Origin: Lama guanicoe
Taxonomy: Eukaryota
NCBI GenBank assembly: GCA_013239625.1
Contig: MU054391.1
Location: forward strand, 2,075,130-2,139,129
Direction of reading: 5' to 3'
Length of the DNA stretch: 64,000 nt
How positions within the stretch are numbered: position 1 is the first letter of the stretch; the number at the start of each line of letters is the position of its first letter. Under the pieces are notes generated by a model, which was not told the DNA's origin, did not search any database, and worked only from the letters and a program-made list of their open reading frames with translations. This document shows positions 26,240 to 39,582 of the stretch, piece by piece. The position numbers and the translations under genes are program-made.

Positions 26240-26900
26240 TGGAGCTCAGTGTCGGCGTAGCTGCGCGAAACTGAACTGGTGAGCTCCTGCGGCGTTTGCT
26301 GAAGGCTTCGCTCCACTCGCCGCTCGCGGAGGCCGCGCTGCGCCTGCTCCCGGCTCCGCGCGGGCCTGGGGGCAGGTCGCGGGCACTGCAGGTGGGCGCT
26401 GGTGGCCGTGGCCCGCTTTGCTCCTTCCACCCGTGGTGGCAGAGCTGCGTGGGTGAAGGGCCGTGGAGCCCCAGGGCCACTGCCCTCTGACTGCGCCGCC
26501 CGGCCGCGCGGAGAGCCTCTTGGAGGGGGGCAGGGGCAGGGAGGGCCCTGGCTGCACGCCCCGTCCGTCCGCCAGCCGCGGGCGCGGGGCGCTGGCCTCA
26601 GGAGAGAGCGCGCGGAGGGGCGCCGCCGCCGCCGCGCGGCTCCGGGGGGCCAGCCTGTAGCCCAGCTCTGCCTGCGCGGGGTCTCCCCGATGCGCAGGAA
26701 CCCCCGGGGTCGTCATGATCCCGAGCACTTGCTCTGCAGATGAGGGCGTGGCGTCAGGAAGTTGGACAGCTCGCTCGAGTCCTGCCCTGGTACGCGGCGC
26801 GATGGGTTCTGAGCGCAGACTTGCCCGATGGCCCGGCCCTCCTGCGGCAGGCAGACCACGCGCTTCCGCAGGGAGATCAGGGGGCTTCCACCGAGCTTTG
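26240..26900 (+). promoter_or_regulatory. CpG island 3, promoter/first-intron-like
   Basis: High GC and CpG density; splice donor CTG|GTGAGC at 26278/26279 at its 5' edge; GCC run near 26621-26634. Confidence 0.6.
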
Positions 26901-28499
26901 CCGGGGGTCAGGCTTTGATTCTGACTGCGAACAGTTTTTCAATGAGTTTACCTGTATGCGGGAGGCAAGGGCGGGCAGCGACTGTGGGGGAAGGGAGGGG
27001 AGATAAGCAGAGAGAGAAGAACACTGGGGACGTGACTTTTCAAAGGCAGGCCGTTCTGGCGCCAAGCTCACTTTTGTGCTTTTGCATCTGAGAAATTACG
27101 GTTTATTCAGTCATCTCTTTGGTGGAGTCGCTGCCCCGGCCTCTAGACATGACAGAAAAACAAGCTGTGCCCTGGGGGAGCCAAGGTCTCCACAGGGAGA
27201 CGCACACAGGCCGAGCCCGGCTGAGTCAGCAATAGACGCAGATGCTCAGGAAGGTGCAGGGGGAGCGGAGAGACTATCACTCGGGAGCTGAGGCAGGAAG
27301 GAGCCTGGCCGGGGTGGCCCAGACACCTTGAAGGACGGAGAGGGTTTCGAGACAAGGGAGCTGGTTCTTTACGAACTTGCTCAGCCCATCCAGACTTTGT
27401 CAGATGCATTCTTCACCTGGAAAAGCTGTGATGTGGGAGCCTGCATGAATCTGGTGTCAGATGCGAACTGTAAAACGGACAAATTTTCCTAACGAAGAGG
27501 CAGGCAGACTCGCTTCAACTAAGGCTTGTGGTGAGCCGTTTTTATCCACGAAGGGTCTTTAAGTCGTTTTCGCCTCACCTCATGCGGGATGGGGGCCACC
27601 TCAAAACCCAGAAGGCTTCTCGAACATGTTAACTGATTCAACCCGTTCCCTGAAGCGGGGCTTCCATCGGCGTCATGCGTGTAAACCGGCGTGTAAACAG
27701 CCGTGAGTGCTTCCTACTGGTCACTACTCGCAGGCCCCACGCCCCCGTTCCCCTGGGCCCGTGACACAGCCCCGTTGTGTTCCCACTGCCCCGATGTCTC
27801 CTGCAGGGACAAGGCAGCGGCTTCTCTGGTCCTCGGGGATCAGCGCACACAGGTTCAAGCTGAGATGGTTCTCACTGTCCCCCAGATGTCAGCCGCTGTA
27901 AGTCTGTCTTTGAGCCTCCAAGTTTCTCTCGCTCCTGTGCTAGGAATGGGGCACTAAAACTGTTGTGAGGTCACAGAATCTCAGAGTGAACCTGAGACAT
28001 TCTCCTGCCGGGGGTCCCGCTGCCTCCTAGGGAGCACGGATGAGAGCAGTTCTAGGTCTGGGACCCAAGTGCTCTGTGGTGTCTTGTCTCCTGTCCTCCC
28101 CGCCCGTCAAGAGCATCTCTTTTGAGCTTGATGGAAAGTGGGAGAGCTGAGTCCGCATGCTTTTCTAGAATTTTGTGTACATTTCTCCATCTCTGAGGTT
28201 TAAGGCTTTGGCAAGCACAAGCTAGGATCACTTGCACACTAATTTTATTCTCTCCCAGAAAGACATTCCTGAGGTAAAGAGAATGAAGCCGACACCTGGA
28301 ATTAATGAGGAAAGAGAAACAGGGAAACTGGAGGAAGGGAGCAAACAAGGGTTTATACCAAAGGCCGCCTCTCCCATGCCTGCCCCAGGGGTTCCTGAAA
28401 AACATCATGTTTCCTTCCACGTGTCCTCCACCCCACCATGCCCATCACCCCTGCCCGGATGAGCAGTGGGATGTGCGACACCTGTGCCAGGTGTCCTCC

Positions 28500-29130
28500 A
28501 AGGTGGGGCTCCTCGCCTCCTGGTAGTCATGCCTCTGGGTGCTCCCCTCCCACGTTAAACAGGGCTGACCCACGGGCCCTGGAACATTCTGCGTAAGTGA
28601 TGGCATGTGACCCCCAGGACTAGGTTATCCAGAGCCTTCTCCCCCTCAGGCGCCTGGAGGGCAGCTGCCGTCTCGTGAGGACTCTTGAGCTGCCTGTGCA
28701 GTGGTCCCCATGTTCGGGAACTGAGGCTCCAGCCGGGAGCCAGCACAGCTTGCCAGTCACAGGAGTGATTTGCTTGGAAGTGGACCTTGCAGCCCCGGGC
28801 AAGCCTTCTGATGATTGTAGTCGAGCCAAGATGCTTGTTGAAGCTTCAAGAGCGAGCCAGAGCCAGGGCACCCAGGGCAGCCGCTGCTGAGTGCAGAGCC
28901 ATGGAATTCACACCGAGTGAGAAATGCCTACTGCCCTTTAAGCCAGCAGGTTCGGGGGTAATTTATCACGCAGTTATGAATAATTAATATAGATTGTGGA
29001 CCCTGGACGTGAGGTTCTGTGGAATAAAACCCTAACATGTAGGGGAAGCTTTGCAAGTGGACAGTGGGTGGTGGCTGGATTTGGAGAAAGTTTTAGTGAA
29101 AGCCTGGAGGGAAATAAAGAGATTGCTAAG
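28500..29130 (+). mobile_element. MaLR LTR (MLT1F-like) followed by start of MaLR internal region
   Basis: LTR 3' end 'tttaagccagcaggttcgggggtaatttatcacgcag...taata' at ~28940-28990, then MLT-int-like 'aaaccctaacatgt...gctttgcaagtggacagtggg...ggctgga'. Confidence 0.6.
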
Positions 29131-29869
29131 ACCTGTGAGGGGGCTGCCAAGGAGGAGGTTGCCCTTCGGTTTCCTAGGCCTTCTTTTCTGCAATTATTCT
29201 CTTTCTCCAAATTTCTACCCACCTTACAGCCGAAAGGCCAGGGAGCCCATCCCTGTAATCCACTCAGGTGAGGTTCCTGGGCCAGGAAGCTGGTGGTCAG
29301 AGGTGGAGAAAGAGAGAGAATAGATCTGAAAGAACAAGGGAAGATGGCCAGCACGAGATTGCTCATTTATTTTTTTCTTTTTGTTTCCGCATTTGATAGC
29401 CGAACTAGTCTTGTCCCAGGTGCCATAGCCCACTGCCAGCACCGAACAAGCCCACAGCAAAATCATCCAGCTTGGATGAGCCACGGCTTCTGCAGTAGTC
29501 ACCTGGGGAAATAATGCGATCTGGTCACAGAAAGGTCAGGGTAAATTTAAAGATCAATAAAAAGGTTTTGATCAGTGGCCATGTACATACCAATGTTCCA
29601 CTATCATCAGAGCTAAATTTTAGGGTCATCCCATAGTTACTGGTTTATTTATAGTTCCATTACTTTGCTAGGTAAGTACAAAGTTATGAAAATTTTGTAG
29701 AACCTAGCTTTTTTGTCAAAGAATTAAACATTTTATTTGAAAGACATAAACCAGCATTATACTAGTACCAAGAGTTGTGGTGTAGGCTGAAAAATAAATT
29801 ACAAGAGTCCAGCAAGGGAGAGATCACTGTAGAGAGAAGTAACCTACAAGAGATGTGAACTGTCCATCT

Positions 29870-30000
29870 TCTCCACCCTCCCCCTCCCTTCCTCCCTCTC
29901 TTCTTTCCTTCTTTCCTCCCTTCCATCTTCTATTCTTTCCTCCCTCCCTCCCTCCCTTCTTTCCTTCCTTCCCTCCCTTCCTTTCCTTCCTTTCTTTCAT
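29870..30000. repeat. Pyrimidine-rich (TTCC/CT)n low-complexity tract
   Basis: Read directly. Confidence 0.9.
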
Positions 30001-30181
30001 TCTTCTGTTCATCCATCCCACCACAATTTTTATACATTTGTTCTGGGCAGAATTCTGTCCTTGGTCCTGAAGATATCGATGTGAATGAGACGCAGTTCCT
30101 GTCACCATGGAATATCGACAAGAAATATCTAAGAAGCAAGTGAGGAGCAGAGAAAACATTTGCAGAATGGGGAAAAACGCA

Positions 30182-30590
30182 TGTCATGGTTAATTCTCTG
30201 TGTCGATGTGGCTGAGCTGTGGTGCCCAGCTGTTTGGCCAAATATAGTCTAGATGTTGCAGTGAAGGTATTTGGTAGATGTGATTAATATTTACAATCGG
30301 TTGACTTTAAAGGAAGGAGATTATCCTTGATAATGTGGGTGGACCTCATTCAATCAAGTTGAAGGCTTTAAGAGCAAAAACTGAAGTTTCCTGGAGAAGA
30401 AGATATTGTCTCAAAACTGTTACATAATAACTCTGAGTTTCTAACTGTCCAGACTTCTCTGCAGATTTCAGGCTCAGGGCTGCAAAAGCAAGTCTTGCCT
30501 GAATTTGCAGCCTGTGGGCTTGCCCCATAGATTTTAAACTTGCCAGCTCCCACAATCATGTGAGTCAATTTCTTCAACTATATTATATAA
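30182..30590 (+). mobile_element. ERVL LTR (MLT2C/D-like)
   Basis: 'tgtcatggttaatt...ctagatgttgcagtgaaggtattt...taatgtgggtggacctcattcaatc...cccacaatcatgtgagtcaatttctt'. Confidence 0.8.
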
Positions 30591-31319
30591 TCTGGGGAAA
30601 GAGAAACAAACAGCAGCTTATACCTAGGTTGACAACGTTACAGAAAAACCCTCAGCAACACCGACAACAGTGACAGAAGGGAGGCCTCTGGGTGTCACTC
30701 TTCTGCCAGAGGCCAGTTCTCTGAAGCGAACACTTTGCCTCATGGGAGATACATTTCCTGTATCGCTGATGTGCTGAGGACTCAGGCTGGTGTTAGAGCT
30801 TTGCATCTTAGATCTTGTTTGCACTGGCAGCAGAGGTCAAAGGCTGCGGGGATGTACTGGCAGATGGTGGCACTTGAAGGATGGTTGGGACTGATGTTGC
30901 TGCGAGTCAGTGGGGCTCTGAGCAGCGCAGGAAGTTCCCGTTAGCAGGAAAATAAAGCTTGTTTTATTTTTGTTAACATTGTAAAAACCTTCCATTATAT
31001 TAATAAAAAGATGGAAAATATTAAAAAGTAGAAAGAAGAAAAATACAGCAATAATACTACAATTCAACCATTGCTACTTGTAATGAAGTTAATATTTCCT
31101 TAAATAAGTTATATGCATTTTTATATAGGCCCATCCAAGTGTGAAAATTTGACTTTAGTTTTTTTCACTTAGCATCATATTCTATTTACTCAACTATGCA
31201 CTCACTCATTCATTCAATATACATCACCTGAATTTCTACTCTGTGCCAGACAGTCAGGTGTTGGAGAATTTACCCATGCCTTACATTTTTTTGAGCACCA
31301 TTTTTAAGATTGAATTAAA

Positions 31320-32860
31320 ATTTTTTAAAATTGAAGAATAGTTGATTTACAATGTTGTGTTAGTTTCTGGTGTACAGCAAAGTGATTCTGTTATACAAAC
31401 ATATATTTGTATGTGAATATATACATATATATTTTTACCATTATAGGTTATCACAAAATATTGAATACAGTTCCCTGTGCTACACAGTAGAACCTTGCTG
31501 TTTACCTATTTTATATATAATAGTTTGTATCTGCTAATCCCAAACTCTTAATTTATACCTCACCCCCCTTTCTGCTTTGGTAAGTATAAGTTTGTTTTCT
31601 ATGTGAGTCTGATTCTGTTTTGTAGTAAATAAATAAGTTCATTTGTGCCATATTTTAGATTCTACATATAAGTGATGTCATATGGTGTTTGTCTTTCTCT
31701 GTTACTTCACTTAATATGATAATCTCTAGGTCCACTCATGTTGCTGCACACGGTATTATTTTATTATTATTTTTATGGCTGAGTAGTATTCCATTGTATA
31801 TATACGACATCTTCTTTATCCAGCCATCTGACAATGGACACTTAGGTTGCTTCCATGTCTTGGCTCTTGTAAATAGTGCTGCTATGAACATTTGGGTACA
31901 TGCACATTTTCAAGTTAGAGTTTTCTCTGGATACATGCCCAGGAGTGGGATTGCTGGATCATATGGAAATTCTATTTTTAGTTTTTTAAGAAATCTCCAC
32001 ACTGTTCTCCACAGTGGCCAGTTTACATTCCCAGCAACAGTGCAGGAGGGGTCCGCTTTCCCCACACCCTCTCCAGCCTTTGCTATTTGTAGACATTTTA
32101 GTGACGGCCATTCTGACTGGTGTGAGGTGGTGTCTCATTGTAGTTTTGACTTCATTTCTCTCATAATTAGTGATGTGGAGCATCTTTTCATGTGCTTATT
32201 GGCCATCTGCGTGTCTTCTTTGGAGAAATGTCTATTTAGGTCTTTTGCCCATTTTTTGATTGAGTTGTTTGTTTGCTTGCTTTGTTGTTGGGTTTTACAA
32301 GCTTTTTGTCTCCTTTGCAAATCAGTCTCTTGTTGGCTGCACTGTTTGCAAGCGTTTTCTCCCAGACTATGCGTTGTCTTTCATTTGGCCTGTGGTTTAC
32401 TTTGCTGTGCAAACCTTGTAAGTTTGACTAGGTCCTATTTGTTTACTTTTGCTTTTATCTCTGTTGCCTTGGGAGATTGACCTAAGAAAACACTGTTTGG
32501 GAAAGAACAGATACTTACGTCAGATAATGTTTTTGCCTATGTTTTCTTCTAGGAGTTTAATGGTGTCACGTCTTATATTTAAATCTTTAAGCCATTTTGA
32601 GTTTATTTTTGTGTGTGGTGTGAGGGTGTGTTCTAGCTTCACTAATTTACGTGTCCAGCTTTCCCAGCACTACTTGCTGAAGAGACTGTCTTTTCTCCAT
32701 CGTATGTTTTTGTCTCCTTTGCTGAAGATTAATCGATTGTAGGTGTGTGCGTTTACCTCTGGGCTCTGTATTCTGTTCCATTCATCCCTGTGTCTGTTTT
32801 TGTGCCCAAACCATGCTGTTTTGATTACTGTAGCTCTGTAGTACTGTCTGAATCCTGGGA
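31320..32860 (-). mobile_element. LINE-1 3' portion (ORF2 C-terminal third plus 3' UTR), disrupted
   Basis: Minus-strand ORF2 peptides '[12 protein letters not shown]', '[16 protein letters not shown]', '[10 protein letters not shown]'. Confidence 0.92.
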
Positions 32861-35582
32861 TTATTAATGCTTGCTTAATAATCAATTGTGTCCTTTTATG
32901 ATAATTTCCTCAGTCATTTCCTGGGGATATCAGTTGAGTATTGGTTTAAGTGGGGAGAGAGATTCAGAGACTGGATAAACAAATGTTCTGTATCGCCACA
33001 GCGTTTTATACCTTTTCTATCCTAACTTCACTGAAAGCAGAATGAGCGCAGTGTATCTGACAGGAGAGAACATATACAAAGTTCCCAGAATGGCTGTCTT
33101 CTTGTAGTAAAGGCCAGTCCCTGGGTTGGTCTCTGGTTCCTAGGTCTTCCGAGCACTGCACAGAACCACTGCAGGCTCAAAGGAGGTGCTGAAGGTCAGC
33201 CTCTCCTTCTAGTTGCTGGTCCTGCAAGTCTCAGTCACCGAGGCCCCTCAACACCCTCCTGCCATCCTTCCTGGTGTGTGTGTGTGGCACGCTCTGGTTT
33301 GTCAGCCGCCCATTCCACCAGCATTTAGAGCCACCTCACGTATCCTCCCTAACCTGATGGCCAGTGAGGACGGTCTCCTGCCGGGATTAAGCCAGGACCC
33401 TTCTACAGGCGGGCAGTCGTGAAGAACAACCACAGGAAGAAGCCGCCCAGCCTGCTGGTGGGGTTGGCCTCCTTCCAGGCTGCCGAGCGTCTGCCGCTCA
33501 TGTAGTCGCTCCGCGTTGTGGTGGTATAATCAGGTTGACAGAAGTGGACAAGATTTTTGGAGGCAATCAAGCACACTCATTCATTTAAAAATGCTAAACA
33601 GGTGCAACTGGGACACACTGAAGGTGGTTATTAGGCAAAAGTCATCGGAGGAGGGCGGGCCGACATCTGCGCCTATTGTTAGAGACACAATAGAGCAGGA
33701 TCTTCCTGCGGATGGGGCCGCCCTCTGCGCGAACCTCCTGATTTAGGACTTTCACTGCTGAGGGTAATTAGCATTTCAAGGGGGAGGATGCAGAATTCAT
33801 CTTTTCTGTTCTCTCTTTCCTGGGGGTGGGTAAAAGTGGAGTCTGATCTAATTAAGAAGGGCAGTAACTCCAGGCACCCACACAATCAAATGTTAACCAT
33901 AGCAGAACAAGGGCCGTCTAATGAGGTCTTTGTGATTTAAATTGGGCTAAGCCTGGTTGCCTACCAGTCTGCTGGTCTCCAGGAGCTCCTTTGTTCTTCA
34001 GTGTTTTGCTCCTTCAAATTGTCCCCGTCATACAGACCGGCTTAGCATCAGAGACATTTAGTTGCCAGGGAGCCCCCTGGAATTGTCACTAAACCTGAGA
34101 GATCTGCTTTAGCTCTGGTGGGTCACTGAAGAGCAAGGCGAGACTGAGATCTGGGCGCAGGACGTCGGTGATGACCGTTTGGAAGGTCGCACTGATGGAC
34201 ACAAGTTCAGAGAGCACTGACTTTTTTCTAGCTGAATGACTGTCAGCCATACTCTTTAAAAGATGGAGTTGCACAGAAGGAAAAACAAAACCATGACTCT
34301 TGGAATGAGACAGTTCTAGGTTCAAGTCCTCGCTTCAGCACTAACCTGTTGGCTCCCTCGCAGGGGCGTCTCTAACTGCGTGTCCACTCAGGTGGCTCCG
34401 ACCTGGCAGTGGGAACGTGGAGGAGAAGAGAAGAAATGGTCATCCTCACGCACCAGGGGGATTGCTGGTGGGGGTCCCGGGTACCGTCACTCTGACTGAC
34501 GGAGCAACTGAAGAGTGGGGAGCGAGTCCTTTTGTTTGTGTGTCTGCAGAGTCCCAGCAGGGCCCCAGACATTTGTGAGATGAGTAAACACCAGTCCAGC
34601 TCACTGGAGCACGTTAGAATCCTCCTAGATGCCTTCTGGTCCAGAAAGTCCGATTGTTCCAAGGTCTTTAATTCAGGTAAGAAGGTTCTGGAATAGCATC
34701 TCAACCCTCCGCCACCACACACATACACACACTTTAAAGTCTGATCAATATATTCTTATCAGAAATATAAAACCTTTGTTAATTATGCAAAGATTTATTC
34801 AACATATTTTTAAAAATATTATATTTTTGAAAAATTGAGTGTGTGTCAACTAAAGCCACACTGAGTGAGGGATTCAGGAGAGAGAGCCAGGGAGTGCATC
34901 CAGGTGGGAGCTGCAGTCTTTCCATGATCGAATTTTGGAGGTGGCCTCCATCCCCTCTGCTGAGCACGCTGGGTCACAGAGACCAACTCTGGTCCAGAGT
35001 GGGAGGGGGTTTTGTGAGGGTGTGAGTGCCAGGAAGTGGGTAGCCGTTGGGGACCACCTGGACAGCGGGCTGCCACGCCGTCTAACTCACCTCCTCCCCT
35101 CCCAGAAGTGTCCCCGTCACAGCGCAAGAACCTACTAGCTGCGCGCAGGTTGGCTCCGCAACGCCCGGCACTCTTCCCCTCTGAAGGACGCACGCCGTCC
35201 TGCCCGGCGTGTGGCTGGACGGGGCGGACAGAGCGGAATTAAGGCAGCATCGCGAACGCACCCAAAGAGAGCGCAGCATGACGTCTGCTTTCAGTTGCGA
35301 AATAGCAGTGAAGATCAACGATGGGTGTTTACACAAAAACATTGTTTGCATACTCGAGTCCTCGGTGGGGGAAATCAATTTAATCTATTGTGCATAAAAT
35401 GATGCTTTTAAAAAGCAGTCCCAAGCCAGGAATTTACATTTAGAATTTTTTGAAATTAAATGCAGTCTAGAATACTTAATGTGTTCGTATGACTAAAAAA
35501 AATCTAAATTCTATAAAAATATAAACGAGAAGCCTAGCCCCACATCCACTCTTAACTGCTCTGCTCTGTCTTGTTGCCCTCA

Positions 35583-35700
35583 GGGAGGGTATAGATCAAG
35601 TGGCAGAGTGTGCGCACACATTACGCACCTCGGCATACGCGAAGTCCTGGGTTCAATCCCCAGTACCTCCTCTAAAAATAAAATACGTAAGTACCTATAC
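35583..35700 (+). mobile_element. tRNA-derived SINE, Vic-1-like (camelid)
   Basis: GGGAGGGTATAG start, Pol III A-box TAGATCAAGTGG (35592-35603), B-box GGTTCAATCCC (35650-35660), 'cccagtacctcc' then A-rich tail. Confidence 0.8.
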
Positions 35701-35774
35701 CACCATTCCAGCTTTTTTTAATGCAAAAATTAGCATATTTTACCACTGATGGTCTTCCTTGTTTTTCTGGTGTG

Positions 35775-36410
35775 AGTGTTAGTTTCTAGTGTACAACAAA
35801 GTGATTCGGTTTCATACGTATATGAACAGCGTTCCCTGCTCTACAGTAGGACCTTGTTGTTTATCTGTTTTATATACAGCAGTTCGTATCGGCTAATCCC
35901 AAATTCCCAGCTTACCGCTCCCCCTTCTCTCCCCACTGCTAACCATAAGTTTGTTTTCTATGTCTGTGGCTCTGTCTCTGTTTTGTAAATAAGTACATTT
36001 GTGTTATATTCTAGATTCCTCATCTAAGTGATATCATACAGTATTTTTCTTTCTCTGTCTGGCTGGCTTCACTGAGTATGACAATCTCCAGGTCCATCCA
36101 CCTTGCTGCAAAAGGTATGATTTCATTCTTTTTTTGGTGGACTTTTTAATGATGGCCATTCTGACTGGTGTGAGGGGACACCCCATTTCAGTTTTGAGTT
36201 GTGTTTCTCTGAGAATTACCGATGTTTAGCAACTTTTCACGTGCCTGTTGTCCACCTGTTACGTCTTCTTTGGAAAACTGTCTCTTAGGTTTGCTGCCTA
36301 GTGTGTGATTGGGTGGTTTGCTTTTTTGGGATGAGTTGCATGAGTTTTTATACTTTGGGAATTAACCTCTTGTCGGTTGCATTGTTTGCAAATATTTTCT
36401 CCCTGTAGGC
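35775..36410 (-). mobile_element. LINE-1 3' fragment with internal deletions
   Basis: Antisense similarity to the 31.3-32.4 kb copy ('gatggccattctgactggtgtgagg', 'ctaatcccaaattcc'). Confidence 0.8.
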
Positions 36411-36429
36411 TGTCTGCTCCCTATTTTAA

Positions 36430-38150
36430 AAATATTGTAACACAGTATGACAAATATACAGTAACATCCACCAATCTTCAGTAGTCAAGTGAATTAACTT
36501 TATACAGCTGTGCCTACGTAGCCACCCCACTAATTAGCCACAGAATATTTCCAACATGTCAGATCCTCCTTTGTGCCCTTTTACACTCAAATCCTCTTCC
36601 TTGAAATAACCATCATTCTTAATTCCAACACCGTAGATTATTTTGCCTTATTCAGAGTTTTCAGTCTTCTGCCGTTGGTTTCTTTACCTTGTTTCTCTTC
36701 ACTACTTCCATGAGGTGCCCTATGATGCTGCGTTTGCGTGTGGATGGTTATTCTGTATCGCCTCGTAGGAGGCCATCATATGTACAGACCACAGTTCAAT
36801 TACTCATTCTCCAATCAATGCATGGGCAGTTGGTTATTTCTAATTTTTCTTTATGATAAATAAAGCTTATATCAACATTTACTGTCACTAGCTAAATATA
36901 CGCTTCATTTTTCCTTTTGAGAATATATGAAGGACTGTCAGAAGCTGCATCATAAATATTGCCAAACACATTTTCAAATTTGTTTTAAGCATTTACATGG
37001 ATATTATCAATATGTGAGGGTTCCAACTGCTGCGTGTGCCAGCTAACACTTGCTACCAGTTGTCTTGAGTTTTAGCCATTTTGTGGGCGTACTGATAGAT
37101 CATTATGGTTTTAATTTCCCTAAAAAGGACCATTTTATCGTTTTTCCACATGTTTTTGGCCAGGAAAATAACTTTATGTGGGAAATGCCTGTCTAAATCC
37201 TTAGTGACATTTTTTTACTTTACTGTGTCTTCTTAAATATTTATCTGTAGGAATGCATTTTATATTATTGATATGATTTCTTTGACATATGCATTTTTGA
37301 TATCTTTATAAATATCTTATAAATAGACTTATTTAGTATCCTCCCAAGTGCAGTTTAGTTATTTTACTCTCTTGCATCTTTTGATAAGCAAAATGTCTTA
37401 GTTTTAAAGACATCTAATTCATTAATCTTTTTTTGACAGTGCTCTTTTGCATTTAAAGAAATCTTTGTCTAGCAAAAAACTATGAGGGTACTGTGTGTGT
37501 TCTTCTAAAGCTTTTTAATTATAGCTTTCACATTTGACTCTACACCCACTTTCAATTAATTTTAACTCTGGTATAGAGCGGATGCTGTGACACGCTCCTT
37601 TTTCTAGATGGATATCCAGTTTTCCCAGTTTACCATTTGTCCAGTGACTTCCTTTTTCTGGTTGAATTGCCTTGGTGCCTTGGTTGGAAATCAAAGTTGA
37701 CCATATGTGTACAGGTATATTTCTGGGTAAATCATCCTGCTTTTGGTCTCTGTGTGTATCTTTATGTCGATGTCAGCCTTGTGTCCTGTAGCTGACAAGT
37801 CTAGAAGTCAGGTTACAGGAGCCCTTCACCTGTTTTCAAACTGTAAAATTTTGGCTATGCAAGGCCCTTTGAATTTCCATATTTTTCTGTCTGTCTCTGT
37901 CTGTATATATGTATGCAAATTCTTCCGAGATTTTGGTTACAATTTTGTTGAAACTGTATATTAAGTTGGAGAGAATGACAATGTGGACAATAATGAGCTT
38001 TTCAATCTGCGAAATTGGTATAGCTCTCCATTTCTTAAGATGACCCTTGAATTTCTCTCCATCACATTTTGTTTTTAATGCAGATTTTAATTTCTCAATG
38101 TAGAGGTTGCACACGTATTTCGATCATTTTTGCTAGATATTGGAATGTTT
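36430..38150 (-). mobile_element. Ancient LINE-1 (L1M) 3' ORF2/UTR, decayed
   Basis: Antisense L1 phrases ('tggatatccagttttcccag', 'aagttgaccatatgtgt'); ORF 37836..38114 retains 'LIYSFNKI..KI' ORF2-like residues. Confidence 0.65.
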
Positions 38151-39128
38151 GTAATATGTAAGTGCACTTTAATTCAGTTCCCGAGGCTGGGATACAGAAA
38201 CGGATCTGGCGTGATGGTCCCACTCAATGAATGTTTCTTACTTTGGATTCAACATCGATCAGAGATAGACCACCCAGCTGCGTCCTTGAAGAATTCATGA
38301 GCCACACAGTTAGAGCAAAATAAAGCCTCACTTTAAGATGCTGGCTTTTGAGATTGTTTGTTACACATCAAAAGATCACCGAAACTATACAAAAGGCACA
38401 TTTGCATGTTCGAAAGTGGCACAGCACAGCATCTCATGAGAGTAAGGAAATCTTGGCAAAAGCAACACGTGAGTCTAGATCAGAAACGTGTAACTACGTT
38501 AAGCGATGAGGCTCAGGGGCCAGCTGTGCTGAGAGGTATCTCTCTTTGTCTTTGGCAGATTTGGCTGAGACCGGGTTGTGACAACACTGACACTAGTAAC
38601 GCTTGTACTGTTTACCGTGCGACAGGCACCACTTTAAGTGTTTATGCATCTTGACTAATTTTACTTTTACAGAAACGCTAAGAGCGTGTGCTATTAATCT
38701 CCCAATAATTTCAATAAAGAAACTGATGGACTGAAGGACTAATTGAGCTCTCCAAACCTAATAAACTGTGGATTGTTTTGCAAATGCAGGCACTCCAGCC
38801 TCGGGCCACTGGAGCCCACACAAGCTTTCTCTGCAGGCTGCAGCTTGGTCCTCCAACTCACTAAGTCGTCCCTCTCAGTCGTGTTGCAAATGCAGCGTGC
38901 CAGGCACCGTGAGCTGCCTCTGACTTTATGGTTCTTTCTTCTCGATTTTTATATATTTGCTTATTTATTACTGGCTTATTCGTTGGTCATGATCTATTTG
39001 TTTGTTTTTTATGCAGGAAAACTAACTGTATTTGTTCTCAGTAGACTGTTGAGCTTTTAAAACTTATTTTTTTTTTTAAATCCATGGCTTGAGGATTTAT
39101 TCCCAGTTTTAAACAGGCGATGTGATTA

Positions 39129-39582
39129 CAGATCTTCCTCAACTTACGGTGGGCCTATGTCCAGATAAACCCATTGTGAGTTGAAAATATCCTATGTGGA
39201 AAATACACTTAAAACACCTACCTTACACCTGCTTGGAACAATCACGTTAGCCTGCGGCTCAGCAAAAGCATCCAGCACAGAGCTGGCTTATAATGAAGTG
39301 TGGGATGTCTCATGCAATTTACCAAATACTGTGCTGGAACTGAAAACCAGAGTGTTTGGATGCAGGATGGTTGTCGGTGCACAGGTGGTTCACCTTTGTG
39401 ATGCTGGGGGTGACTGGTGGCTGCAGCTCACTGGCCCTGCCCAGCATCCTGAGATACTATCGGACCACACATCGCCAGCCTGGGGAAGATGAAAATTCAA
39501 AATCTGAAGAACTGTTTCTACTGAACGCACGGAGCTTTTGCACCACTGCAAAGTTGAAAGCCCCTAAGCTGAGGGATGTGTG
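39129..39582 (+). mobile_element. TcMar-Tigger DNA transposon (MER47/Tigger5-like)
   Basis: 'cagatcttcctcaacttacg...gataaacccattgtgagttgaaaatatc' matches remembered MER47 start; TA dinucleotides flank both ends (39127-39128, 39583-39584). Confidence 0.8.

Noticed and set aside
26600..26660. Peptide ARRGAAAAARLRGAS resembling a mitochondrial protein N-terminus
   Set aside because: Low-complexity GCC-run coincidence; ends in a stop, with no matching downstream exons
31689..32480. 263-aa hydrophobic ORF, longest in the track
   Set aside because: Antisense reading of LINE-1 ORF2/3' UTR, not a membrane-protein gene
35583..35670. tRNA-like sequence
   Set aside because: Has A/B boxes but a disrupted cloverleaf and SINE-type tail; called as a SINE
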